Notes under the pieces: generated by a model
Told to the model about the DNA's origin: nothing
What the model saw: the letters and a program-made list of their open reading frames with translations, nothing else
The model's database searches: none
Translations under genes and position numbers: made by a program
Shown: positions 28,943-40,946 of the stretch, one piece after another
How the letters are laid out: every line of letters begins with the position of its first letter
Position numbering within the stretch: position 1 is the first letter of the stretch
Origin: Macrostomum lignano
Taxonomy: Eukaryota
Length of the DNA stretch: 64,000 nt
Assembly (NCBI GenBank): GCA_002269645.1
Contig: NIVC01000001.1
Span: 2,604,001-2,668,000 of the forward strand
Direction: 5' to 3'

Positions 28943-29276
28943 TTCAGCCTAAGGCCACTAATATATAAGCCAGTTAATTTGTGTGTTAAACGGTGTCTTG
29001 GTCCTCAGTGACCTCGGAAGCAAATATTTCATGCCCTCGGTGGTCGACTCAGAGTTCTAGGGCAGATTCGAGCAGATTTGAACTTTGAGATTTGAACCCT
29101 GACAATCGGAGCTTTTCTCCGCGAATTACCGCAGTAGTAGCAGCAAACTACCTACTCTTAGTACAACACCCAGCAAATTTAGTCTATTTTAAGTTCTCCA
29201 TAGCGGCTACATTTCTGTATTAGGCAATCTGAAAGACGGCAATCACTAGACCGCTCAGTCATGACCACAGCTACCC
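28430..29276. repeat. Right copy of the long diverged inverted repeat (probable MULE TIR); contains (AAT)n
   Basis: Reverse complement similarity to 5663-6545. Confidence 0.6.
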
Positions 29277-30994
29277 TAAGTAGGACGCCCCCCTGCAGTA
29301 GTCTGATTGGTTTCCCTGGCGCGCCCAATCGCAATGAAGAGACGCCCGCTGCCGCCCAGCTCTGATGAGATGGTGGCTCTTTCAAATGAAGTGACGCCTA
29401 GGAGAGAGAAATGTAAGATGAAACGGAATCCTACGTTTTAACTGTAGGGTCATGGAAATAAGCTAGGAAGTAAATACCATTTCGAATTCGGTACACCGCT
29501 TTACCCATTACAGTACATTATGACTACATGTAGTGCACATGGAAGTACATAAATGTACATCTAAAGTATATTATACACATTTAAATGTCTAACAGACACA
29601 TGCACAGCTGTACAACTACATTTAGATGCTTATGTAAAATACACGTACAATTCTTATAGATACTAAATGATTTGGCATGTAATGTGTATAATTTACACGA
29701 ATTGCCATGTATACTTGTTTAATTCGAAACGGTGAGAACCGCGCAGAACAAAGTTTTATTTATACGTACATGAATTTTTACATGTACATGTACATCATGT
29801 ACAAGTACAGTTGTACTTCATAACTGTATATGAGACATGTACCTACCAGTACATGAAAATTGTGCACTCCTTTCATGTACAGTTTAAACTAGATTGTACA
29901 GTACGAGTTTTGGCAGGATTTTTACAGTATTCAGAGCAGACTGATTTGTGCTTTGCATGTGCTCTGCATGTACTTGTATGAGCTTCACATGATGGTGTGA
30001 GAGATACGTGACGTACATGTAGAAATACTATAATTCGACTAATACATGTACAATCAGAGCAGAATTGCTCAAGTTCTGCACTAACTTCCGCCGTATGTCA
30101 GTATTTGTATTAAGTAATGACATATATCTCCATCATATACATGTACCTAATTATCCCCTAAGATAATAAATTAAATCAATACTTTCTAATCATAAATGTG
30201 TACCTAGCTAGCTTCAATATCAAGTTCGCACATAAAAATTAAATGAAAGTAGCCGATTAATGCAAATGACAGAAAGTTGCATGTAGCTACATGTACAGGT
30301 AGGTTCTCGCGTCTCTATTGAAAAGAAAAGATTGGAGAGAGAACTGGTACATCTACATGGAGAAAAAAGCATGTGACGACACGTCCAGTCAGCAGAAGGC
30401 AGGCCTAAATGCTGTTTACTCGTCGCTCATTGGCTCATTGGCTGGGCTCCAGCCCCATTCTTCACTCTCGAAGCCAACCCAACCCCACTCCGTCACCCCC
30501 TCTTACCCCAGACAGCAGTTGGGCACGCGTGTGTCGGTGGCACCCCCCTCCCCAGTGTACACACGAGTAAACAGCAGCCTACAGCTGCAACCCCCCTTCT
30601 GTGCCAGCACCACCAGACAGAGAACTTAAAAAGCTAGCCTGGCTACATGTTCCCAGCTAAGCGACCTAAAGCCCCGATTGAATCGCAGTTAAAAGCAACA
30701 GCTTATAGCTACTTCAAATCCCTTTCAAGAAATTCATTCGAAAGTCATTAAACAGTCTCCGATCACGTCTGATCGTCTTTAACAGTGCCTAAAATGTAAG
30801 TGCAAATATGGCTGCATATCTATTAAATGTTATTTTATCTCTGGCTCTGTGAATCTTTCAGAAGCAGTCCTGTAGCAAGATTAATTTTCACGTGACATAC
30901 ACATATTATAGGAGACTTTAGGGACCGCTATTTTATTTTGACGGGTTGCCATTTTTTGAATTGGTGCCATTTTTATATGAAAGGGTGCCATCTG

Positions 30995-31194
30995 CCATGT
31001 CATTTGAAGGGGTGCCATTTTATTTAAAGGGGTCATTGGGGTGTCATTTCATTTGAAGGGGTGCCATTTTATTTAAAGGGGTCATTGGGGTGTCATTTCA
31101 TTTGAAGGGGTGCCATTTTATTTAAAGGGGTCATTGGGGTGTCATTTCATTTGAAGGGGTGCCATTTTATTTAATGGGGTCATTGGGGTGTCAT
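30995..31194. repeat. 49-bp minisatellite (gaaggggtgccattttatttaaaggggtcattggggtgtcatttcattt), interrupted by an LTR element and resumed at 33082
   Basis: Direct inspection. Confidence 0.88.
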
Positions 31195-33081
31195 TGTCGC
31201 GACTTTCCTAGTCATTTCTTTAGTTCACCTTCACTTGTCTCTGTTTACTCCGTTTTCTCTCTCTCTGTCTAGCTCAATCTTGTTATTCTTATCTCTCTCT
31301 CTCCCTTGCTGCCTTCTGATTGGTTCTCCATTCTCGCCTCTCTCTTCAGTCGCGCACTTCACCCCTCTCCTTATTATCTGGAGTCAACCCCCCTCTAAAT
31401 TAGTCATATAAATATACTTGTTTGGGCCCTGCGCCCACTTACTGGCGTATCTTAGTATTCAATTTAACATCTAATTTAGTTCTAGTGTTTTTAGTCTTAT
31501 TTTCTCTACATGGCGCCCAATGAAAAATAATTCAGTCAATACAGTAAGGCTGGCAAAGGCCATGCCATCGTCGTTGTCGTAGCCCTACACCAGTCATCTC
31601 GTCATCCCGTCATCGACTCCTAATCGTCTCGTCTCTGCTTGCCGGCCTCTCAATCGTCTCGTTGCCGGCCTCTCAATCGTCTCCTCTCTGGTTGCCGGCC
31701 TCAATCGTCTCGTCTCTGCTTGCCGGCTTCTCAATCGTCTCGTCTACCGGCCTCTCAATCGTCTCCTCTCTGGTTGCCGGCCTCTCAATCATCTCATCTC
31801 TGGTTGCCGGCCTCAATCGTCTCGTCTCTGGTTGCCGGCCTCTCAATCGTCTCGTTTCTGCTTGCCGGCCTCTCAATCGTCTCGTTGCCGGCCTCTCAAT
31901 CGTCTCGTTGCCGGCCTCTCAATCGTCTCGTTGCCGGCCTCTCAATCGTCTCGTCTCTGGTTGCCGGCCTCAATCGTCTCGTCTCTGGTTGCCGGCCTCT
32001 CAATCGTCTCGTCTCTGGTTGCCGGCCTCTCAATCGTCTCGTCTGCCGGCCTCTCAATCGTCTCATCTCTGGTTGCCGGTCTCGTCTTCGGAGTCGGTGC
32101 CGGCAGCATATTCACATTTCAACTCGGGCTGTCGGTCTCGTCTTCGGAGTCGGTGCCGGCAGCATATTCGCATTTCAACTCGGGCTGTCGGTCTCGTCTT
32201 CGGAGTCGGTGCCGGCGGCATATTCACAATTCAACTCGGGCCGTCGTCACGTCTTCGGAGTCGGTGTCGGCAGTCAATCTCACCGGTCTTTGTCAAACGT
32301 TCTTCACTCGGTTCCACTCCTCTCTTGTCAATGTCTTCAGTCGTCTCCAGTCGTTCTTTTCATCAACCTGATTCTCATCTCATCTCATCTCTCGTACTCA
32401 ACTGACGATATTTTTAATATTTTTTCTGTACTGTACATGTACCAGTTGTCATCAGTTAAAAATTACTAAATTGTTTGGGGGGAGGGCTAGTCTATCCAGT
32501 CTCATCTCTATTCAGTCTTTTCAGTCTTCTCATTGGTTCAAAAACTACTCAATAAAAATCTAAGTTTAAAATTCGGTCTTAATATTTTGCATTCGCTCTA
32601 CTGTTTTTGTATTCAAATTCTTAGTCATTATGTATTTTTCAAATCGTTTTATACACCATTTATTGTGAATGTGTTTTTCAATTTAATTCGACTTAATTCT
32701 AACTCATTTATTTCAATTGGTAATGGTAGTCACTTATTAAAAAATGTTCCATTTTTTGGGGGGAGTGTCGCGACTTTCCTAGTCATTTCTTTAGTTCACC
32801 TTCACTTGTCTCTGTTTACTCCGTTTTCTCTCTCTCTGTCTAGCTCAATCTTGTTATTCTTATCTCTCTCTCTCCCTTGCTGCCTTCTGATTGGTTCTCC
32901 ATTCTCGCCTCTCTCTTCAGTCGCGCACTTCACCCCTCTCCTTATTATCTGGAGTCAACCCCCCTCTAAATTAGTCATATAAATATACTTGTTTGGGCCC
33001 TGCGCCCACTTACTGGCGTATCTTAGTATTCAATTTAACATCTAATTTAGTTCTAGTGTTTTTAGTCTTATTTTCTCTACA
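31195..33081 (+). mobile_element. Non-autonomous LTR retroelement (TRIM/LARD-like, 1887 bp)
   Basis: 316-bp LTRs at 31195-31510 and 32766-33081 appear identical (TG...CA). PBS TGGCGCCCAA at 31511 (tRNA-Lys type). PPT GGGGGGGAG. TSD GTCAT at 31190-31194 and 33082-33086. The internal region is degenerate tandem repeats with no gag/pol motifs. Confidence 0.92.
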
Positions 33082-33241
33082 GTCATTTCATTTGAAGGGG
33101 TGCCATTTTATTTTAGTCAGAACCATTTCACTCGAGTGGGTATCAATTTATTTGAGTCGAGTGAGCTTGCTGTCGCTTTCACACGTTTCACATTGCATCC
33201 ACACAGAATCGAACTCCGGACCCTTATAAAATAATTCTCCA

Positions 33242-35674
33242 ATGTCATCATCTGGTAGGCGCCGCAAGACCAGCAATCCGCAGCGCCTGACGGCCGCTCC
33301 AATTAGCTCCGCCTCAGGCGACCCCACTGTGCCCGAACTTGTTGCTGCACCAGACGGTGCGGCAGTTGTCTCACCTCGCGATGCTCCAGGCTCGCCAGTC
33401 CCGCAGCATCAGCTGCTGTCCTGCCGACTCGGACTCATGGTCGCCGATCTCAGCCGCCTGACGGCCGACCTGGCGCTGTCAACGTCGCAAAATTCAACGA
33501 CAGCGGCGGCGGCAGCTTCGGCTGCATTGGCGTTGGAATTCCTCACCAGCGCGCACACGCAGCTGCTTGGAGGTGTCGGCTGCTGCCTGCGACAATTCCC
33601 GGATGCGCAAGCTGAGCCGCCGCATCTGGCGGTCCTGAAGCATCCAGCAGCGACTGCAGGCGTCACGCTGCTGAAGTCGCAAGCTGAAATCGCGCTGCCA
33701 AATTCGAGGAATTCCGATCAAGAAAAGCCAGCCAACCAAACCGGCAGAGCAGCTCCAGGCCAGCCGCCCGTCACTGCAGAAGCAGCTTCTCGGGCCCGGG
33801 TTAGGTGCGGGAAACAGCTGAGCGAGCCGGACAAAGTAGATCCAAATTTTCGACCGTGGGTGTCCGAGGATGGGGTAAGTGTTGAGCATTCGATCGCATG
33901 ATGCGATGATTGCTCGAGTGCGACCTTCCAATGTAATCAGTTAACTATCCCTCAACCATCCGCCCCTCAACTATCCGCCCTCAACCACCTGCCCTTTAAC
34001 CATCCGCCCTTCAACCATCCGCCCCTCAACCATCCGCCCCTTAATCATCCACCCGTCAACCATCCGCCCCTTAATCATCCACCCGTCAACCATCCGCCCC
34101 TTAATCATCCGCCCCTCTACCATCTGCCTCTTAGCTCGTAATCATCCGCCCCTTAATCACTCCGCCCGTCAACCATCCGCCCCTCAACCATCCGCCCCTT
34201 AACCATCCGCCCCTTAACCATCCGCCCCTTAATCACTCCGCCCCTTAACCATCCGCCCCTCAACCATCCGCCCGTCAACCATCCGCCCCTTAACCATCCG
34301 CCCCTTAACCATCCGCCCCTTAACCATCCGCCCCTTAATCACTCCGCCCCTAACCATCCGCCCCTCAAGCATCCGCCCTTTAAACATCCGCCTCTTAACC
34401 ATCCGCCCCTTAACCATCCGCCCCTTAATCACTCCGCCCCTCAACCATCCGCCCCTCAACCATCCGCCCTTTAAACATCCGCCCTTTAAACATCCGCCTC
34501 TTAACCATCCGCCCCTCAACCATCCGCCCCTCAACCATCCTCCCCTCAACCATCCGCCCCTCAACCATCCGCCCCTCAACCATCCGCCCGTCAACCATCC
34601 GCCCCTTAATCATCCGCCCCTTAATCATCCGCCCGTCAACCATCCGCCCCTTAATCATCCGCCCCTCTACATCTGCCTCTTAGCTCGCAATCATCCGCCC
34701 CTTAATTACTCCGCCCCTTAACCATCCGCCCTCAACCATCCGCCCCTCAACCATCCGCCCCTTAACCATCCGCCCCTTAATCACTCCGCCCCTCAACCAT
34801 CCGCCCCTCAAGCGCAGTGTCACCCTGTCCGCCAAGCACCCGTCAGTCACCCTGACAATCGAGGCGCACCAGCGTTTGCTCTGGTCCGCTCACGGCGTAG
34901 CAACTCTGCATCTTCGAGGCCTGTTGAAGCACTTCTTCAGCCGTGAGGTGCTGGCTGAGTCCTCAGTCACTGGCGTCGGTGCGTACAAACGGCAGCTGGA
35001 CAAAGACATCGTCTTGGGCATTTTCGGTACGTTTTTCATACTGAAGTCCAGAAATGTAATAGATACGTACCTGAAATCATGCCTTATTGGCTAGGCCAAA
35101 GGGGTTCCAACCCGAAGGGTTCCAACCCGAAGGGTTCCAACCCGAAGGGTTCCAACCCGAAGGGTTCCAACCCGAAGGGTTCCAACCCGAAGGGTTCCAA
35201 CCCGAAGGGTTCCAACCCGAAGGGTTCCAACCCGAAGGGTTCCAACCCGAAGGGTTCCAACCCGAAGGGTTCCAACCCGAAGGGTTCCAACCCGAAGGGT
35301 TCCAACCCGAAGGGTTCCAACCCGAAGGGTTCCAACCCGAAGGGTTCCAACCCGAAGGGTTCCAACCGAAATATGTTTGACTGATACGCTAGCGTCGAAT
35401 CGAACATGATATACATGTACGCTGATATACATGTCAGATTCAAATCTGGGAAACTGAAACATTCATTAAAACAAAAATAAAATTCACAGACTACATCGGC
35501 AATCGGTATCCTGGGGCTATGACCGAATCTCGAATGCGCCTGTGCTGCACTGACGTCTGCGTTCAGGCGCGACGCCGTAGACGAAGCCGCGACGTTATCA
35601 TGGTCGCCTCTGGAGACGACGATGCGAGGGTCGGCGATGCACAGCTCGGTGACGGCGACGACTCATCGTGTTGA
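33242..35674 (+). CDS. BEN-domain protein, 3 exons, ~343 aa
   Basis: Exons 33242-33874, 34813-35026 and 35490-35674 join in frame (1032 nt). LRGLLKHFFSREVLAESSVTG...LDKDIVLGIF|DYIGNRYP...MRLCCTDVCVQARRR matches the BEN pattern. The first acceptor is AAG. Confidence 0.72.
33945..34812. repeat. 15-bp minisatellite (aaccatccgcccctt) filling BEN gene intron 1
   Basis: Direct inspection. Confidence 0.95.
35100..35367. repeat. Perfect 15-bp repeat (cccgaagggttccaa) x~17 in BEN gene intron 2
   Basis: Direct inspection. Confidence 0.97.
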
Positions 35675-37141
35675 TCAAGGATGCCATGACAGTGTTTGAG
35701 CAACTGCATTTTATAGCTTTGTTATTCTGGTTCGATTAGCTTGCATGCACATGTTCAGTATCTATTATACGAGCTCGTACGCTCGTATGTACTTTAATTC
35801 CCAGCTACATGTAAGTGTATATGTACATCTACATGCGCTAAGTTTGTTTCTTGACGAATAAAATTAGCGGTTGAAAAAATTTCTCATGAATTTCTATTCA
35901 ACTTTGAATGGCTTTAGCTTACATGTATGTACATGACATGTATATGAAAATTTAGAGATCGTATATGTACTACCTATGCATGTACATATGTGAAAATAAA
36001 CTATTATAGCTGTATAACATGATCAAGTTTTAATTGCATGTACATGTAAATGTCATAATTTAATCAGAAGGTATGCACATTCACAAGGGTGCTTTCATAG
36101 TTCGAACTACTGTAGTTTTTGCTATCGTGAAATTTTGACGTTTGGGAAGTTTCGACCTTTAAAATTTCGACCTTGTAAAAGTGCATGCTGCTATTTGAAT
36201 TCTCGATGTGAGATTTCGACCTTGTCAATTTTCGCGTTTGTGAACCCCCTCTCCTGTACAGCGCGTGAGCGACTGCACGATTTAGATGTGTATGTATACT
36301 GTACACATTAGAGATATGTATGCATGTAAGCTACTAAGTTTAGTTGTGTATAGAGAACAACTTTTGTATGTTTCTCACAATACTCTAGAATACACTTATC
36401 ACCTGAGTATGCATATGAAAATAGCTCCATGACATGAGTAGCTCACAGAACAAAATTGGTGGCATCTACAAATTGGTCCCAGTGGATAAAGTTTTTTGTA
36501 CGTTGTGATATGGCTAAATGAATGAGTGTAAAGGTTCGTTTTTTTGTTTAGATAATTCAATTTTCCTTGTGGTAAAGATGCTCTTGTAAGTAGAACAGAG
36601 TGCCTGTGCCTTTTATTTATATGGGGGTAATGAGGTAAATAACATTCTATAATTCGGGATGTTCGGAAACTGCTTTTTAGAATAAGCGCGCGGATTTAAA
36701 AAACGGATCAGTTTAAAAAGTTCAAAGAAAGTTAAACGTTTAAGAGTTGGTGTTTAAAAAACGTTTAAAAATCTACAGATTCGTATTGTCCAAACAGGCT
36801 GTTCATTCTGAGCCACTATTACTAGCTACTACTAAAAAACGGCGGATCTTGACTTCACGATTTAACATGATTATTGAATTCCATGCGTAAGCGCCAAGCC
36901 CAGTTAAATTACCCGGAAATTTTTAGAAGCCCCAAACCCCAACGAGCTAGCTACATATGACAGATGAGATTGAGATTTGTATTTAGGATGTTCTAGGTAG
37001 TAGGCCTATTAGTAAGCTAAAAGAAATTTTTATTATTAGGTCTCTTTATATGACTGATATTGTATATGTATAAATTATTATACTATGTGGGAATGGAAAG
37101 TAGCCTTTTTTGTTGGTCCTACAATTCTAACAGTATCTAGA

Positions 37142-37818
37142 CAGTGGTGGTCATGGATCCAGGATTTTTAAACTAAGGTGGGGGACAGATTGGCCTAAAT
37201 TTTGGGTTGGCCCAAAATAAGCCCAAATTACAATACATCCCTAAGATGGTGTAGGGGCCTAGGACCAAGACTGCCACACACCAAGACCGCCACACTTGGG
37301 GGAGCTAGGAGGGAGGAATTTGGCTCGCCATGTTATTGGATGGTGCTGAGAAGGGGTGAGATGGGGAGAGCCAGCAAGACAAAGCCACGAGAGAGGAACT
37401 GGTGAGCAGGCCAGCCTGGCCAGGTAGGTGGTGAGCCAGGCTCCTTGTTTTTTTCATTTAATTTGAATTGTTAAAATTGCCCTGGTTGACTTGCAATCAT
37501 TTTGGGCCACTTATTCATCTTATTAGTGACCAATCTTGGGACACTTCCTCCTCATCTAACTTCACAACCCATCAACCAATAGCAATGCTGTTAAGATTGG
37601 TAGCTTCCCCTCAATTCCAATAGTCAGTAAGAGCTGTGGCGGTCTTGGTATGTGGCGGTCTTGGTCATGCGCCCCCTAAGATCCCTTATAGGCCTAAGCA
37701 AATCTAGCCTTGCTAATTGGCAAAAAAGGCAAGGCAGTTAGTTCCCTAGGGCTTAGTGCCCCCCTACTCATAGTACTCACAACTCATCCCCTGGCCCTGG
37801 TCCCTGGATCTATCACTA
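37142..37818. mobile_element. Decayed hAT-like MITE relic with an inner inverted pair
   Basis: Ends cagtggtggtcatggatccagg and cctggatctatcacta resemble CAGTGGCGGATCCAGG-type TIRs. Inner inverted motifs ccaagaccgccacac (~37260-37295) and gtggcggtcttgg (~37635-37667). TSD not convincing. Confidence 0.35.
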
Positions 37819-39120
37819 TATTCTAATATAATAGTATAAGCCTAGGACCTATACAAATATTAAATGGTTTTATTGGTGATCCTTTTATTGGTGAGCTAGG
37901 CTAATATAAGCCTAATAAGACAGCAATTCATTATCTATAAGGCCTAAGCCTACTAGGCCTACACTATAGTCTAATATAGTCATTGACTTATTTAGTTATT
38001 TAATAGGCTAGAGCATATTAAATTTAATATTCATTATTAGCAACCTTTAAATAATAGAATTTAAGAACGTTTTTAAATAATATAGTGGTCCCAAGGCTTG
38101 ATAACTTATTTTTTTATTATATTTTGCAGACTTGTTTGAAGTTGCTAGGCCTACTATTAGATCCAAGTTTTTTTCATTTTTGATTATATTTTAGTTTTTT
38201 AAATTTTAATAAATAAAGTATAGGACTAAGCCTTTGTTTTAATAGATAATGTTTGACACTTTAAAGATTAAGCCTAATCTTAAAGCAAATGGAAGCTTTG
38301 TAGAGATGGCAGAGTTGCCAATAAATGTTTTACTTTTAAAGTTAAAATTTATAAATGTATTGCTATTAATATTAATATACGATTTTATCTTTTTTATTCT
38401 AAGAAACCATTTATATATTAAAGAATAGGCCATATGTATATAATTCAAACAATTAGGATTATAGGAGTGAATTCAATATAGCTAAAATAATCATATTAAC
38501 AAAGCAAGAAAAAAGATCTAGATGTTTGCAAGAAAAAGGTAGGGAGCAAGCTTGGTTTAATAAGTTGGCCCAATGGAAACACTTTTTAAAGGAACTGCTA
38601 ATAAATCAATTTATCTACTAAGCAGATGAATGTTAGTAGTAGACAATATCAATAAAAACTAAATATTGTACATTGTGAAGGTATTTTGAAAGTAGTATCA
38701 TTTGGTATGCCTCTAGGCCAGGTTGCAAACAAAGGCCATACTGCCAACCAAATCTTGGGTGCAGACCTTTTGTGGCAGAACTGTATTATTATTATTATTA
38801 TTACTATATTATTGTTATTGTATTACAAGTATAACCAGTGCTATGGTATATTATAGTAACTATAGTAGACTCTCAAGCATGTCTTTGAGGATCAGCTAGA
38901 CTTAACACTTCAGCACACTGGCTAGCACAATGAAATTAATGAATTCTCAATGCCATTTTCTAGGCATTTTGGTTGCCAACTTATAGGGTGATTATTAGAT
39001 TGCACTTTTCTTGTGCCTCGAGTTTCTTGTTTTACTTTTGTCAACTAATAAGATGGCAGGGAATTAAGCAATCGAATACAAGCCATAGTTGCTCGGGCTG
39101 ATTACCTGTTAAATCTCACA

Positions 39121-39525
39121 TTGCCATCGCAGGCCTTGCAGCTTGAGACATTTCCAGCCAATTTCGCCCTGATCGGGCAGCAGTTCACGCAGGCATTCTA
39201 TGCCACACTGCAGACCAACAGGGAGCAGCTGGTCAATTTCTATTACGACCAGGCCATGCTGACATACGAGGGCGCCCAGCTAATGGGCAAGGCTGCCATC
39301 ATGACTAAGTATCGATCGCTGGGCTTCCAGCACATCAGCACGGCGATCACCAATGCCGACTATCAGCCGGTTGAACGGGGCGTCCTGATCGCTGTCAACG
39401 GGCAGCTTCGAGTTGACGATGCCACGCAGCCGCTGCCCTTTACTGAAACTTTCCTACTGCGCAGCTTCGGTCAGAGTTTCGCCATTGTTAATCACATCTT
39501 TCGGCTGGGCGTGCACAACTATTGA
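39121..39525 (+). CDS. NUTF2: Nuclear transport factor 2 homologue (main coding exon; true start probably on an upstream exon)
   Basis: NFALIGQQFTQAFYATLQTNREQLVNFY...LTYEGAQLMGKAAIMTKYRSLGFQHI...DYQP...VNGQLRVDD...FTETFLL...NHIFRL matches NTF2. No ATG near the 5' end; candidate acceptor tttccag at 39151-39157. Confidence 0.9.
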   Translation: MPSQALQLETFPANFALIGQQFTQAFYATLQTNREQLVNFYYDQAMLTYEGAQLMGKAAIMTKYRSLGFQHISTAITNADYQPVERGVLIAVNGQLRVDDATQPLPFTETFLLRSFGQSFAIVNHIFRLGVHNY

Positions 39526-40080
39526 GCAACTCGATCATTTCGCCCCACAAAATCTAATCCGTTTTCACAGATACTGGAATAACTGGATGGGCCACTCAGC
39601 ACATTTGTGTGTGAACTACTTTCAGTTCAGTAGTAAGTTAAACAGAAGCATTTTAATGCATTTTTAAAGCCAAAGCTCGTTTATATTGGCTTTTACCCCC
39701 CAGTTTAAACCTCCAATTGCCCCCGCCCCCCCCCCCCTAAGTTTTATTGCCTTATCGGAATTCCAGCCTAGAGCTGCCATGTACATTTCACTGGACTGGC
39801 CAATTTACATTAAGGCTGAACCAATTAGCAAAGCTGTTTACGCCTGCAAGCTATGGGGTTCTAAACTTATCAAGTCATTTAAGCTGCCTTTATTTTTATA
39901 AAATAGCTTATGTACTCTTCTTTGCTACTGAACTGAAAGTAGAAAGCTGTTTTACTAAGTATATATGCCTGAGTGGCCCATCTAGTTATTCTAGTATCTG
40001 TGTTTGTTTCTTTACCTAGCAGCGCACGGATGTTGAATTGTTTTCATTTTAGAGCTATTGTCTCAGTCCTCTATTGAATA

Positions 40081-40352
40081 ATATGGTTTTAGTTATTTGC
40101 TATAAGCAGGGGGCGGTGTGCACTTTAAGTTACATTGTCACACAACCCGGCGAGTTAGCGTTAGCGTAACTTTATTTATCGTTAGGAATGTACACTTCAC
40201 TGTGCCTTAGGGGTGGCCCTCGAGGCCGTTAATTGCACGAGCAGAGCCAAGCCGAGATTCCAATTTAGCCCCAAATTAATGCGACTGCACTTGGAATCGA
40301 GCCTGGGCCGCTAGCACATCTGACCACTGGGCCAGACCACTGGGCTACGGCC
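40081..40352 (-). mobile_element. tRNA-derived SINE-like element
   Basis: Minus strand begins GGGGCCGTAGCCCAGTGG (A box), has a B-box-like GGCTCGATTCC, then AATAAATAAAG and a short repeat. Flanked by the direct repeat cctctattgaata (40068-40080 and 40353-40365). Confidence 0.55.
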
Positions 40353-40896
40353 CCTCTATTGAATAGGGTTAGTATCTGCTATGTGAGGAATTATTGATGA
40401 CATCCAACTGTACTTTCCCTAGCAGCAACAGAATGGTTTACCTTGGACATGCGAGTATATGTATATGAGTTCTAAAATTTCTGAACTTAGCACCTGAGAT
40501 ACCATACCTGATTTGCTCTAATTAAATCAATAGTTTAGATTTCTACTTGGTCCCTGTCTGTGAGGCAAAAATCATATTTTTGTTTATTATTGAAATTGTG
40601 TTGATTTGTTTTGTTATTTTAATGCATGCATCCCCTTCCCGCTGCTCACAAACTGCACTGTTAGCTCCAGAGACATCTGCTTTTTTACTGATTCGCTTTT
40701 CTAATTATATCTTCCCCTCTGTCCACGGACTTCCCGTCTCATCTTTGTGTGATTGTGTGACAGACAGAGTCAGTTTTATTTCTGTTAATATGCCACTCAT
40801 TTATAAATATATTCTATCGATATAAATAGGAATATAACTATTGATATATTTTCATTATTATCGAATCGATAACGAAATATTTTTATTGGAAAACAC

Positions 40897-40899
<3 letters not shown>

Positions 40900-40944
<45 letters not shown>
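40900..40944. repeat. (GT)n microsatellite
   Basis: Direct inspection. Confidence 0.95.

Positions 40945-40946
<2 letters not shown>

Noticed and set aside
35079-35462. KGSNP, GLEPF and related repeat ORFs
   Set aside because: A 15-bp perfect repeat within BEN gene intron 2.
40290-40354. Possible tRNA gene
   Set aside because: It has A and B boxes but no cloverleaf or anticodon arm, and has a SINE-like body and flanking direct repeat.
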